DNA of 64,000 bases, taken from the NCBI GenBank assembly GCA_963765125.1, contig CAVXUZ010000005.1, positions 33,596-97,595 on the forward strand, read 5' to 3'. Each line of letters opens with the position of its first letter. Within the stretch, counting starts at the first letter, position 1. A program made the translations under genes and the position numbers. Under the pieces are notes generated by a model, which worked only from the letters and a program-made list of their open reading frames with translations, did not search any database and was not told the DNA's origin. Shown piece after piece: positions 1-9,453 of the stretch. Origin of the DNA: an uncultured candidate division WWE3 bacterium. GTDB taxonomy: Bacteria; Patescibacteriota; WWE3; UBA101185; UBA10185.

Positions 1-2
1 CG

Positions 3-149
3 ACTGGAAAATGGCTTACCCCATCAAAAGATTGGGTTCATAAGGTAGGAATCGAGCCCGATGTGAAGGTTGAAATATCAAAAGAAGATATCGAAGGTGG
101 AATAGACACGCAATTAAACAAAGCTCTCGAACTAGCAAAAGAAATTTAG
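3..149 (+). CDS. 3' fragment (C-terminal about 48 aa) of an S41 C-terminal processing (tail-specific) protease; the gene starts upstream of the window
   Basis: Frame 3 reads ...TPSKDWVHKVGIEPDVKVEISKEDIEGGIDTQLNKALELAKEI*, which resembles the conserved C-terminal tail of CtpA/Prc-type peptidases. It runs in frame from the window edge to a TAG at 147-149. Confidence 0.4.
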   Translation, partial: TGKWLTPSKDWVHKVGIEPDVKVEISKEDIEGGIDTQLNKALELAKEI

Positions 150-221
150 ATTGCTGTATAATACTATCGAATTTAAGTAATTTCTCAGTTTCGGTAATTA
201 ACATTTAAACATTCACTAATT

Positions 222-1400
222 ATGAAAAACATTAAATTTACAAGAACACTATTTTTTATCATCTGGTTAGTATTTATAGTCGGTGTATTGTACTTCTCGT
301 TTTCTTTAGTAGATAAATCCGGTCTTGGTAAAAGCGACAATAAACCACAATCCTCACAGAATAAAAATATTATTGAAAAGTTTTTGAGTGGAGATCTATT
401 CAAAAAAAACAGATACGCAGAACTTAAAAAGATCACAAACGGTGGTGTTATAGAAGAAGAATCAGCCACGATCGACGCTGTCGAAAGCGTGTCGCCTGCC
501 GTTGTGTCTATAGTAGTAAAAACAATCGAATTTGATTTTTTTAATGGGCCTTCGCAAAACGAATCGGGGATTGGTACAGGTTTTATTGTTAGCCCCAACG
601 GATTAATTGTTACAAACAGCCATGTCGTAAACAATACAAGAGGGGAGTACTCAGTGGTTTTGAAAAATGGTGAAACTTACAATGTCGAAAAAATTCATTT
701 AGATACAATATCTGACTTAGCAATCCTTGAAATTACTGCACGTGATCTTCCAGTTGTTGAGCTTGGTGATTCAGACACGTTGAAAGTAGGCCAAAAAGCT
801 ATTGCGATCGGCAACGCTTTAGGTCGATACCAAAACACAGTTACCATGGGTGTTATTTCTGGTGTAGGAAGAGAATTTTATGCTTCAGCCGGATTCGGGA
901 GTAGGGGAACGTTGCAAGAAAACGCCATACAAACTGACGCCGCGTTAAACCCAGGAAATTCAGGCGGACCTTTGCTTAATCTTGCAGGTCAGGTTGTTGG
1001 GATTAATGTGGCAACGACAATTGGTGCTGATAACATAAGTTTTGCAGTTCCAGTAAATACGTTAAAACCACTGCTTGAAATATTCGAAAAAGAAGGAAGA
1101 ATCATCAGACCATACCTAGGTATAACTTATACGGCTATTACAAAGGAGCTAGCAGCTCTCAGGCGCTTACCAGAAGGCGCTTTTATCTCAAGAGTCATAC
1201 CAGAGTCTCCTGCAGAAAAGGCTGGCTTGAAAAGAGGAGATATTATAGTGAAATTTGATGGAAATGATGTTAATTCAGAGTATTTGCTCTCGCGTGAAAT
1301 TGCTAAAAGAAAAGTTGGAGATAGGGTAGAGATTGTAGTTGATCGTAGTGGCCAACAAGAAACAATGCAGGTTACTCTTGATGAGGCGCCTGAAAACTAG
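222..1400 (+). CDS. htrA: HtrA/DegP-family periplasmic serine protease (trypsin-like S1C domain plus C-terminal PDZ)
   Basis: N-terminal TM/signal segment. Catalytic motif TDAALNPGNSGGPLLNLAGQVVGIN (GNSGGPL Ser box). His-region ...IVTNSHVV.... PDZ-like C-terminus (YLGITY...GLKRGDIIVKFDG). Confidence 0.85.
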   Translation: MKNIKFTRTLFFIIWLVFIVGVLYFSFSLVDKSGLGKSDNKPQSSQNKNIIEKFLSGDLFKKNRYAELKKITNGGVIEEESATIDAVESVSPAVVSIVVKTIEFDFFNGPSQNESGIGTGFIVSPNGLIVTNSHVVNNTRGEYSVVLKNGETYNVEKIHLDTISDLAILEITARDLPVVELGDSDTLKVGQKAIAIGNALGRYQNTVTMGVISGVGREFYASAGFGSRGTLQENAIQTDAALNPGNSGGPLLNLAGQVVGINVATTIGADNISFAVPVNTLKPLLEIFEKEGRIIRPYLGITYTAITKELAALRRLPEGAFISRVIPESPAEKAGLKRGDIIVKFDGNDVNSEYLLSREIAKRKVGDRVEIVVDRSGQQETMQVTLDEAPEN

Positions 1401-2325
1401 TCAAAATATCATCTATTTCGCCGTTCATAATTGCAGCTAAATTGTGCCACGACAGCTTAAGTCTGTGGTCGGTAATTCTGTCTTGAGGAAAATTGTAAGT
1501 TCGTATTTTTTCTGAACGATCTCCTGAACCTACTTGTGCGGTTCTTAGACCAGATAGGTTTTTTACTTGCTGTTCTTGCATTGCTGTGTAAAGGCGTGAC
1601 TGTAAAATACCTAAAGCTTTCTCTCTATTTTTACCCTGTGTTCGTTCTTCTTGGCATTCGACTACCACTTGTGTTGGAACGTGGGTGAGCCTAACGGCAG
1701 TAGAAACTTTGTTTACATTTTGTCCACCCTTACCACCTGAACGAAAAAAATCCCATTGTAAATCTTCAGGTCTGATTTCAAAGTCGACGTGTTTAATGTG
1801 TGGGAGTACAGCAACCGTTGCTGTGGATGTGTGTATTCTGCCTCCAGACTCAGTAACAGGTACTCTTTGTACTCTATGTACCCCAGATTCATTTTGAAGA
1901 AGTTTAAATATTCCACGACCTTTTATTTCAGCAGTTACTGTTTTTATTCCACCAGAAATGTTTTCAGACCTAAAATATTCTTCAACTCTGTAACCCTTAA
2001 CCTCTGCGTAGCGTAAATACATTCTGTAAAGATCACCAGCAAAAAGACCAGCCTCGTCGCCTCCTGTTCCAGCACGAATTTCGATAATCGCTAAATTTGG
2101 GTCAATTACTGCACCATCATCACTTTGGTCTGATGCAGTCTCGTCAAAATTTGTGTCTAGAGAATTAAGCGATTTTTCAAGGTCTGAGATTTGAGATTTA
2201 ATCTTTTCTATCTCTTCTTTGGCAAGTTGTGACATTTCTGGGTCTTGTAAAAGCTGGTTATTTTCTTGAAGCGCGGTATTAAGCTTTTCAATCTCTGAAG
2301 TGATGCTTTGTTTTACGTAATCCAT
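1372..2325 (-). CDS. prfA: Peptide chain release factor 1
   Basis: GGQ motif (SGGKGGQNVNKVSTAVRLTHVPT). PVT tripeptide of RF1 (RVPVTESGGRIHTS) rather than the SPF of RF2. Length 317 aa. Confidence 0.9.
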   Translation of the reverse strand: MDYVKQSITSEIEKLNTALQENNQLLQDPEMSQLAKEEIEKIKSQISDLEKSLNSLDTNFDETASDQSDDGAVIDPNLAIIEIRAGTGGDEAGLFAGDLYRMYLRYAEVKGYRVEEYFRSENISGGIKTVTAEIKGRGIFKLLQNESGVHRVQRVPVTESGGRIHTSTATVAVLPHIKHVDFEIRPEDLQWDFFRSGGKGGQNVNKVSTAVRLTHVPTQVVVECQEERTQGKNREKALGILQSRLYTAMQEQQVKNLSGLRTAQVGSGDRSEKIRTYNFPQDRITDHRLKLSWHNLAAIMNGEIDDILTSFQAPHQE

Positions 2326-2375
2326 ACAAAATAATCTTAACCTTTAAAGAGAATAAAATAAAATAATGGAATAAT

Positions 2376-2711
2376 CTAAGCAGTTTGATTTCTTGCTTGT
2401 TCTAGGAGATCTTTGAGTGTGGGTTGGCCACTTGCTGCTTTTTCTACTGTTTTAGTAGCTCTTGAGTCTTTTGCTTTTTTAATATCTTGCGCAGCTTGTT
2501 TCTTTTCGGTAGCGATTTTTTGCTTTTTGATGAATTTGTCAATTCTTCCTTCAGTATCGACAAACTTTTGTTGACCAGTGTAGAAAGGATGACACGCACT
2601 GCAGATTTCGACCGAAATCGTGTCTTTTGTTGAAAACGTGGTGAATTTATTACCACAAGCGCAGGTAACAACGGCCTCTTTATTTACTTTTGGGTGAATT
2701 CCATCTTTCAT
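2376..2711 (-). CDS. rpmE: 50S ribosomal protein L31 with a Lys/Ala-rich C-terminal extension
   Basis: [63 protein letters not shown] is a canonical L31 zinc-ribbon sequence. It lies directly upstream of prfA on the same strand. Confidence 0.85.
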   Translation of the reverse strand: MKDGIHPKVNKEAVVTCACGNKFTTFSTKDTISVEICSACHPFYTGQQKFVDTEGRIDKFIKKQKIATEKKQAAQDIKKAKDSRATKTVEKAASGQPTLKDLLEQARNQTA

Positions 2712-2727
2712 AACGTAGAGGAGTATA

Positions 2728-3717
2728 TCAACTTTTTTTTATTTCAGCAATCACTACGCCAATTGCAATCAGCGCACCGCCAGTGAGCATATACGCGTTT
2801 GGTACCTCCCCTAAGATGGCGTAGGCAAATGGAAAGGTCATAAGCGGGCTTAAATAGCTCAAAATCGCGGTATCTTTGACTTCTACCTCTTTTAAACTCC
2901 ACTCAAAAAGGGTGTAAGCGATAATCGATGAAAAAATTGCCATAAAGAGTATTCCTAGAATTGGAGTGAGGGTTAAAGCTTGGAAGTTAAAATAGAAGTC
3001 ACCAAAAAAACCTGTACTTTCAATTATCGCCATAGGAATGAACGTAGCCAGACCTATGTAAAAAGAAATGACCGAAACAAAGATAGTAGGGTACTTATGG
3101 TGCATAGGTTTCATATGGATTAAGCCGAGGGTTCTTTTAATTTCTTTGGTACTTTGCCCATCAATAATTTTTGACCAAATTACATAGAGTAGGAATGAAA
3201 GACTACTTAATGCAATGAGAATATTTCCAACAAGTCTTAATTCGGTTGTTGTAGAAAACTCAGATGGGTTCATTAGAGGTTCGAGTGTCACAAAGACGGT
3301 TCCAAGAGTTGCGAGCCATAGCCCAGCTTTGACGTGCCAATCAATTTTTTCATGGTAAAAGTAATGACCAGCTAGTACTGAAAGTATAGGTCCAAGAAGT
3401 GAAATAATTACGCCATCCATGGCTGTTGTAAACCTAAGACCAAAAAATATTAAAACGAGACTGCTTTGCGATGCTACGCCTAGAATAATAATTTTGATTA
3501 AATCATCTTTGTAAATCGGTATGCGTCTCAGCATAGTAATCGTATATGGGAGAAGAATAACGCAAACAATCGTCAACCTAAAAAGTAAAAACGTCATAGG
3601 AGGTACGGTATCTAGCGTTATTTTAATGATTGGTGTAGCCGCAGCCCAAATAAACGTTGAAAAAAGAACTGCAAGAAGGTAGGGGACTTTTTTAGATTTG
3701 GGCAGTCTATAATTCAT
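2728..3717 (-). CDS. Polytopic membrane protein, probably a DMT/EamA-type permease (about 10 TM)
   Basis: 329 aa, almost entirely hydrophobic helices in two similar halves. No catalytic motifs recognised. Confidence 0.45.
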   Translation of the reverse strand: MNYRLPKSKKVPYLLAVLFSTFIWAAATPIIKITLDTVPPMTFLLFRLTIVCVILLPYTITMLRRIPIYKDDLIKIIILGVASQSSLVLIFFGLRFTTAMDGVIISLLGPILSVLAGHYFYHEKIDWHVKAGLWLATLGTVFVTLEPLMNPSEFSTTTELRLVGNILIALSSLSFLLYVIWSKIIDGQSTKEIKRTLGLIHMKPMHHKYPTIFVSVISFYIGLATFIPMAIIESTGFFGDFYFNFQALTLTPILGILFMAIFSSIIAYTLFEWSLKEVEVKDTAILSYLSPLMTFPFAYAILGEVPNAYMLTGGALIAIGVVIAEIKKS

Positions 3718-3858
3718 CTTTTTAATAATAGCTTAAAATGGTGTTTGTCTAAAGCGTGAAATGTTTAAAGGTCGAATTGCTAATCTTAAGATTTTAGGGC
3801 AAGAATAATAATTTATTATTCTTGCCCTTACGCACCCACTTAGGTTTAGCCATTAACA

Positions 3859-4020
3859 TTAACAGGTCGCTTTATCGTGAGGGCTTACTGCAATGCTAGT
3901 CTTTGTACGTGACTTTCTTTTAAGCTTTTTAATGTATTTTTGATAAGCAAGGCAATCTTTTAGATGATACTCGCCATCAAAATACGTAAAACCACAAAAA
4001 ATACACGTTATTTTGTTCAT
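3859..4020 (-). CDS. Small hypothetical protein (53 aa) with a CxxC...HxxxC pattern; below the ORF-track size cutoff
   Basis: Reverse-strand translation MNKITCIFCGFTYFDGEYHLKDCLAYQKYIKKLKRKSRTKTSIAVSPHDKATC. Found by manual reading. No homolog recognised. Confidence 0.25.
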   Translation of the reverse strand: MNKITCIFCGFTYFDGEYHLKDCLAYQKYIKKLKRKSRTKTSIAVSPHDKATC

Positions 4021-4294
4021 ACCGCATCTCCTTTTTACAGGCTGTATTATTGAGTTTTAATTGGAATTTAAAAAAACTCGGAGCCTGACTCCGAGCATTT
4101 AAAGGACAAATCTAAATACACAAGGTCAAGCACCAAATATTTGGCATCTAAAGTGCCAAACGCAGTGATAATAATTTGTGTATTTTTTCATGTTAGTCAT
4201 GATGTTGTGATTATAGAAGCCTGTGAGCCATTAGGTCAAGCCCTAAAATCAACTCAGAAATCCACTACTATTCGTGAATGATCTTTGTTAATAT

Positions 4295-4957
4295 ATGCCT
4301 ATGGAAATTACGTTAATTGGTCATTCTTGCTTTAAAATTAAGGGAAAAAGCCTTAGTATCGTTATAGATCCTTATAACCCAGATACAGTTGGCTATAAAA
4401 TGCCAAAAGTTTCAGCGGACGTTGTTTTATTAACGCACGATCGCGATGATCAAAAAAGCTTAGAAGCCGTAACCGATTATAAGTTTGTAATAAATAGCGC
4501 TGGCGAATATGAGATATCAGACACATTTGTTTACGGTATGAAAACTTTTCACGATGACGCTAAAGGTGCAGAGAGAGGGGAGAACATCATCTACCAAATT
4601 CTAATGGATGATTTTAGTATTTTACATTTGGGTGACTTGGGGCATGAACTTACACGCGAAACTCTTGAGAAGATTACTAACGTTGATATTCTTATGATTC
4701 CTGTTGGTGGTAGTTACACCATCGACGCAAGAACTGCCTTAAAAGTAATCTCACAAGTTGAACCCTCAATAATCATACCAATGCATTTTCAAACAGAAGA
4801 TTTAAAACTTCCTCAAAAACTTCAAGACGTGAAAGCATTTTTAGAAGAGTACGGTGCAGAAGGAAATGGTCTTAAAGAGGCAGACAAGCTGAGATTTTTG
4901 ACAAGAAATGACATTCCAGAGGAAAGTGAAGTATACTTACTGAGCCCCCAACATTAA
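4295..4957 (+). CDS. Metallo-beta-lactamase-fold metal-dependent hydrolase (UPF0173-like)
   Basis: MEITLIGHSCFKIKGK... N-terminus. HxHxDH-like region LLTHDRDD. Size (220 aa) and pattern are typical of the UPF0173 MBL family. Confidence 0.65.
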   Translation: MPMEITLIGHSCFKIKGKSLSIVIDPYNPDTVGYKMPKVSADVVLLTHDRDDQKSLEAVTDYKFVINSAGEYEISDTFVYGMKTFHDDAKGAERGENIIYQILMDDFSILHLGDLGHELTRETLEKITNVDILMIPVGGSYTIDARTALKVISQVEPSIIIPMHFQTEDLKLPQKLQDVKAFLEEYGAEGNGLKEADKLRFLTRNDIPEESEVYLLSPQH

Positions 4958-4972
4958 CCTGCTCATTGAACT

Positions 4973-6316
4973 ATGGCACAAGATAATACGACAAATATTA
5001 AATCGCACGTACCGCCGCACGATCTTGAGGCAGAAAAATCTGTTCTCGGCGCTCTTTTAATCGATAAAGACGCAATTGTTAAGGTTGTTGAGTTTTTAAG
5101 ACCAAGCCACTTCTATAAATCAGCACATGAAAAAATCTATGACGCAATAATTAATCTTTACGAAAAACGAGAACCCGCAGATTTAATAACTGTTCCTGGA
5201 GAATTACGAAAGATGAAGGAGTTAGAAAATACCGGGGGAGTAACTTACCTTACGGAGCTAGTGAATAGTGTTCCGACTGCAGCAAATGTTGAGCATTACG
5301 CACAGATTATAAGAGACGAGGCAATTAAACGTCTCCTGCTCTCATCTGCAGCAAGAATTGGTGAAATGGTTTTTGAAGAACCTGATATTGATAGGTTATT
5401 AGACGAGTCTGAACAACTACTTTACTCTGTCTCTAAAGACAAGGTTCACCAAGATTTTATACCTATAAAAGAAACTTTAGAGGTTACTTTTGAGAGACTC
5501 GACGAGTTATCTAAGACTAAAGGTGCGTTGAGGGGTGTTCCCACCGGAATAAAATCTCTAGATAGAATGCTATCTGGTCTACAAGACGAGGACCTCATTA
5601 TTTTAGCCGCAAGACCCTCCGTAGGAAAATCATCTTTAGCAATAAACATAGCACAACACGCAGCCGTTAATCACGGCATAGGCGTAGCAATATTCTCATT
5701 AGAGATGGGAAGAGAGTCGATAGTAGACAGAATGATTTCATCACAGGGGGATATAGATAACTGGCGTATTACCACAGGAAACCTAGAAGCAGAGGATTTT
5801 GAAAAATACGGAATAGCAGCAGGTGAGCTCGCAGACGCGCCGATCTCAATTGACGATACTCCTGGACAAAGTGTTTTAGAAATGAGAACAAAGGCAAGAA
5901 GATTGATGTTAGACCAGAATATTGGGCTTATCGTAGTCGATTACTTGCAGTTGGTTAAAGGTAGACGACAAGAGAGCAGAGTACAGGAGGTTTCTGATAT
6001 TTCGCAATCACTAAAAAACCTAGCAAGAGAGCTTAAAGTCCCTGTGTTGGCACTCTCCCAGCTATCGCGTGCAGTTGAGCAACGTGGTGGTGATAAACGA
6101 CCGCAATTATCTGACTTACGCGATTCGGGTTCTATCGAACAAGATGCAGACATTGTGTTGTTTTTGTATAGACCAGACGATGAAGACCGTGAAAACGGCA
6201 AATTAATTATTGCAAAGCACAGAAACGGTCCCACTGGCGAAATAGACCTTTACTTCAGGCCCGATCGAACTAAGTTCTTTGAAGTCTCAAAAGCAGAAAA
6301 CCAGCAAGAATCCTAG
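4973..6316 (+). CDS. dnaB: Replicative DNA helicase DnaB
   Basis: N-terminal DnaB domain (HDLEAEKSVLGALLID). Walker A ARPSVGKSSLAINIA. Walker B LIVVDYLQL. RecA-like C-terminal domain. 447 aa. Confidence 0.9.
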   Translation: MAQDNTTNIKSHVPPHDLEAEKSVLGALLIDKDAIVKVVEFLRPSHFYKSAHEKIYDAIINLYEKREPADLITVPGELRKMKELENTGGVTYLTELVNSVPTAANVEHYAQIIRDEAIKRLLLSSAARIGEMVFEEPDIDRLLDESEQLLYSVSKDKVHQDFIPIKETLEVTFERLDELSKTKGALRGVPTGIKSLDRMLSGLQDEDLIILAARPSVGKSSLAINIAQHAAVNHGIGVAIFSLEMGRESIVDRMISSQGDIDNWRITTGNLEAEDFEKYGIAAGELADAPISIDDTPGQSVLEMRTKARRLMLDQNIGLIVVDYLQLVKGRRQESRVQEVSDISQSLKNLARELKVPVLALSQLSRAVEQRGGDKRPQLSDLRDSGSIEQDADIVLFLYRPDDEDRENGKLIIAKHRNGPTGEIDLYFRPDRTKFFEVSKAENQQES

Positions 6317-6376
6317 TATTTTAATGATTTCCGTAATTTAATTGTGGTAAAATTCACACTATATTTGTAAAGTTTT

Positions 6377-6463
6377 GCCGTGGTGGCGGAATGGTATACG
6401 CGGTGGTCTCAAAAACCACTGGGCCTTAAGCCTGTGTGGGTTCGACTCCCACTCACGGCACCA
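6377..6463 (+). tRNA. tRNA-Leu (anticodon CAA), class II with a long variable arm; CCA encoded
   Basis: Manual fold. Acceptor GCCGTGG/CCACGGC. D-arm GCGG-AATGGTATA-CGCG. Anticodon stem GTGGT/ACCAC with loop CTCAAAA. Variable arm GGGCCTTAAGCCTGTG. T-arm TGGGTTCGACTCCCA. Terminal ACCA. Confidence 0.85.
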
Positions 6464-6663
6464 ACAGGGTGCTTGAAATAAAATTACCAAATAGTGCAGT
6501 AAAATACATTTTGTATCAAAGAACGGGCTATCATTTAAACGAACCCTTTTTTTCGCTTCTCACGTATTTTGGAGCTTTAAGCTTCTCACACCTCTACAAA
6601 CTTAGCGTCGAACTAAAAAGTATTTTTTACAGCAGTCAGGTTAAGTCCGCGTTTGTAAAAGAT

Positions 6664-7188
6664 ATGAACGGTGAAATTTCGTTAATTAAAAAATATCTTC
6701 CAAAAACTATCGATTCGATCCTAGATATTGGTTGTGGTGTAGCAGGAATTGACGTCATGATAAGTAATTATTATAAAAATAAAATTAACGTTTACTTGTT
6801 AGATAAGACACTCGTTGACAAAAAAGTATTTTATAAGTTCGAAAAGAGAGCATCGTTTTACAACTCGCTTGATTTAGCAAGAAAAATATTAGAAATTAAC
6901 GGGGTCGCAAGCGCAAGCATCCACACTCAAGAAGCTACTGCAAATAATAAAATTAAATTTAAGACAAATTTCGACCTAATTATTTCTTTAATTTCTTGGG
7001 GGTTTCATTACCCAGTCGAGATTTATCTAAATGAGGCATACGCAAAATTAAAAAAGGGTGGCGTACTAATAATTGATATAAGAAAAGACACGGGTGGCGT
7101 TGAATTAGTCAAAAAGAAATTCGGAAACCTTGATGTAATAAAGGAATTTAGTAAGTTTGTTAGAATAAGATCAGTTAAGAAATTTTAG
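6664..7188 (+). CDS. Class I SAM-dependent methyltransferase (substrate unknown)
   Basis: Motif I ILDIGCGVAGIDV. A later GGVLIID motif. The track ORF starts at 6436 inside the tRNA-Leu gene, so the start was moved to the internal ATG at 6664 (MNGEISLIKK...). The true start is uncertain. Confidence 0.5.
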   Translation: MNGEISLIKKYLPKTIDSILDIGCGVAGIDVMISNYYKNKINVYLLDKTLVDKKVFYKFEKRASFYNSLDLARKILEINGVASASIHTQEATANNKIKFKTNFDLIISLISWGFHYPVEIYLNEAYAKLKKGGVLIIDIRKDTGGVELVKKKFGNLDVIKEFSKFVRIRSVKKF

Positions 7189-7222
7189 TTAAAACTGATA
7201 CTTTTGGTATAATACGAGCGCT

Positions 7223-7774
7223 ATGCTAGCTTCTGAATTAAAAACAGGTTCAATATTTAAAGACGAGGGGTACCCATTTTTGGTTGAAAAATATGAGCAT
7301 ACAAAAACCGCTAGGGGAGGCGCAACAGTTAAGGTTAAGGCAAGAAATTTGCTAACGGACCAAGTGCTAGAAAAACGATACCAATCGACGTCAAGAGTTG
7401 AAGACGCTGATGTGATGAGAAAAAACGCGCAGTATCTCTATGAAGATAACGGTTACCATTTTATGGACCCCGACACTTACGAGCAGTTTATGATGACTAA
7501 GGATAGGGTTGGTGATAGCACTAAATTTTTACTTTCCGGAGAAAACGCGCAAATAATGTACTTTGAAGGTAATCCGGTATCTTTGGAATTACCAAATACG
7601 ATGATCTTTGAGGTAGCAGAAACTACACCGGGTTTTAAAGGAAACACTGTGTCCAGTGTATTTAAAGACGCCACACTCAACAACGGCGCTGTAGTAAAAG
7701 TTCCAACATTTATTAAATCAGGTGAAAAGATTAAAATGAATACAAGAACTGGCGAGTATGTTTCAAAAGCATAG
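7223..7774 (+). CDS. efp: Elongation factor P
   Basis: MLASELKTGSIFKDEGYPFLVEKYEHTKTARGGATVKVKARNLLTDQ... This includes the KPGKG-equivalent loop region (TKTARGGA). 183 aa, three OB-like domains. Confidence 0.9.
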   Translation: MLASELKTGSIFKDEGYPFLVEKYEHTKTARGGATVKVKARNLLTDQVLEKRYQSTSRVEDADVMRKNAQYLYEDNGYHFMDPDTYEQFMMTKDRVGDSTKFLLSGENAQIMYFEGNPVSLELPNTMIFEVAETTPGFKGNTVSSVFKDATLNNGAVVKVPTFIKSGEKIKMNTRTGEYVSKA

Positions 7775-7789
7775 TAGTTCACAACGGTT

Positions 7790-8776
7790 ATGACATTACC
7801 GCAAAATATAAATCTTGGTTTTTTGAGTTTTCCAACTATTTATTTTGTAATAGCACTAGTTGTTCTTGTCGTTATCTTTTTTGTGTGGCATGAAGCAACA
7901 AAAGATGGTTTTGATAACGAAAAGGTTTTTGACTTGCTGTTTTCTCTACTAGGACTTTCTTTTGGAGGCACAATAATATTTAATTATTACGCCCCATACA
8001 GGCTTTTTCTAAGAGGCCATAAGGAAGAAATGCTGATTGTTGGATTTACCCTTATTTCGATTTTAATTATTAAGATTGTAAGCAAGGTTTGGAAATGGTC
8101 AGTGTACAGACTACTAGACATATTTTCATTATTACTCTTCAGTTTTTTTGGCTATAAATACATACAAATTTTATTAGTAGATTTAAACCACGTGAGATTA
8201 ATTGCATTAATCTTATACGTTATTGCTTACTTTACCCTTTTTATACGCAGAAGTAAGATGCTGTCAGGTTTACTATTTTCATTGTTTTTGTTGATGACAT
8301 CAATCGTGGGGCAGTTTTTTTATTCAGAAAAACTTTATTTGATATTTTACTTCTTATTGATTACAATCAGTATGGCTGTACTTGTATTTAGAACAAAAAG
8401 AAACATGACAAATAATAAAATCAGTTTAGACTTCATTCAAAAAATTAAAGACTTTCTGAAAAACAAGAGTAAAAGACTTAAATCTGAGCAAAAGAAGTTA
8501 ATCGAAGATGACCCATACCTTCAAGAGGGTAGAGACTCTGGCAATGCAGAGGATATTGACGAGGCAATACTAGAAGATCTTGCGAAAACAGAAATTGAAA
8601 TCAAGAAAAAGAATGTATTAAACATGAGCAAAGAAGTCGATAACGCACTAGATAAGATTGAAGAAGGCAAATACGGACTATGCGAGATTTGCGGTAGCCC
8701 TATTGATAAAGCAAGATTAGAGGCTTACCCAGAAGCAGTTACGTGTCTCGAATGCTCAACAAAAGAAACTCAATAA
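7790..8776 (+). CDS. Polytopic membrane protein fused to a C-terminal DksA/TraR-type C4 zinc finger
   Basis: About 200 aa of TM helices, a charged coiled-coil linker, then EEGKYGLCEICGSPIDKARLEAYPEAVTCLECS (CxxC-x17-CxxC, TraR/DksA signature). Confidence 0.5.
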   Translation: MTLPQNINLGFLSFPTIYFVIALVVLVVIFFVWHEATKDGFDNEKVFDLLFSLLGLSFGGTIIFNYYAPYRLFLRGHKEEMLIVGFTLISILIIKIVSKVWKWSVYRLLDIFSLLLFSFFGYKYIQILLVDLNHVRLIALILYVIAYFTLFIRRSKMLSGLLFSLFLLMTSIVGQFFYSEKLYLIFYFLLITISMAVLVFRTKRNMTNNKISLDFIQKIKDFLKNKSKRLKSEQKKLIEDDPYLQEGRDSGNAEDIDEAILEDLAKTEIEIKKKNVLNMSKEVDNALDKIEEGKYGLCEICGSPIDKARLEAYPEAVTCLECSTKETQ

Positions 8777-8777
8777 A

Positions 8778-9083
8778 GTGTCTACAGTAAACTGTACCTA
8801 TTTATTTTATTCTTTTTTACCATTTAAATATTTTCTCGCTATCTGTGTTCTAGCAGTTTTTGTACTTTTTCTCTATATATTAAAAAAGCGACAAACCACT
8901 CTTTCAGTAGTGGCGTTGACACTTATTACTGCAGGAGGTTTACAGAATTTAGTTGAGAGGGTAGTGTATAATTGTGTCCAAGATCACTTGAATTTTTTTG
9001 GGCTGTTCTCCTTTAATACTGCCGATACGTTAATCACGGCCGGTGTATTTTTATTAATTTGTGATTTATTAAAAAATGAGTAA
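8778..9083 (+). CDS. lspA: Short lipoprotein signal peptidase (LspA)-like protein (101 aa, about 3 TM)
   Basis: AGGLQNLVERVVYNCVQDHLNFFGLFSFNTADTLITAGVFLLI matches the LspA C-terminal conserved blocks (GGxxNLxDR ... FNxADxxIxxG). The first catalytic Asp position is Glu here. The protein is much shorter than the canonical ~160 aa. Confidence 0.4.
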   Translation: MSTVNCTYLFYSFLPFKYFLAICVLAVFVLFLYILKKRQTTLSVVALTLITAGGLQNLVERVVYNCVQDHLNFFGLFSFNTADTLITAGVFLLICDLLKNE

Positions 9084-9453
9084 AAAGATTTTACTAATTG
9101 AAGACGAAACAAATATTCGCACAATGTACGCTGATATTCTTACAGAAGAGGGTTACGAAGTAATACAAGTGGGGGATGGTAAGCAGGGCTATGAGGTGGT
9201 GATGAATTCCGACTGGGACGTACTTTTATTAGACATTATGTTGCCAAGGCTTGATGGCATTGAGCTTCTCAAGCGCATGCGTGTATCACCAGCTAAAAAA
9301 GATAAACCAATAATTATTCTCACTAATTTAGAAGACAGCAGAATAAGAGAGACTTGCCTGAATTTGGGTATTAAAGATTTTCTAGTAAAGTCTAATATTA
9401 CGCCAGATGATGTAGTCTTAGCTGTGAAAAAATATGTCTTCAACAACGAATAA
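9076..9453 (+). CDS. Single-domain response regulator (CheY-like receiver only)
   Basis: LLIEDETNIRTMYADIL...DVLLLDIMLPRLDGIELLKRMR...IIILTNL...K (DD pocket, phospho-Asp, T and K positions). No output domain. Confidence 0.8.
   Translation: MSKKILLIEDETNIRTMYADILTEEGYEVIQVGDGKQGYEVVMNSDWDVLLLDIMLPRLDGIELLKRMRVSPAKKDKPIIILTNLEDSRIRETCLNLGIKDFLVKSNITPDDVVLAVKKYVFNNE

Noticed and set aside
16-204. 62-aa minus-strand ORF at the window start
   Set aside because: The plus strand in frame 3 encodes a convincing C-terminal tail of an S41 protease running to the window edge. The minus ORF is antisense to it and has no features.
6436-6663. 5' part of the track ORF 6436-7188 (MGSTPTHGTNRVLE…)
   Set aside because: It overlaps the 3' half of tRNA-Leu(CAA), and the translated N-terminus is tRNA-derived. 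The methyltransferase start was moved to ATG 6664.
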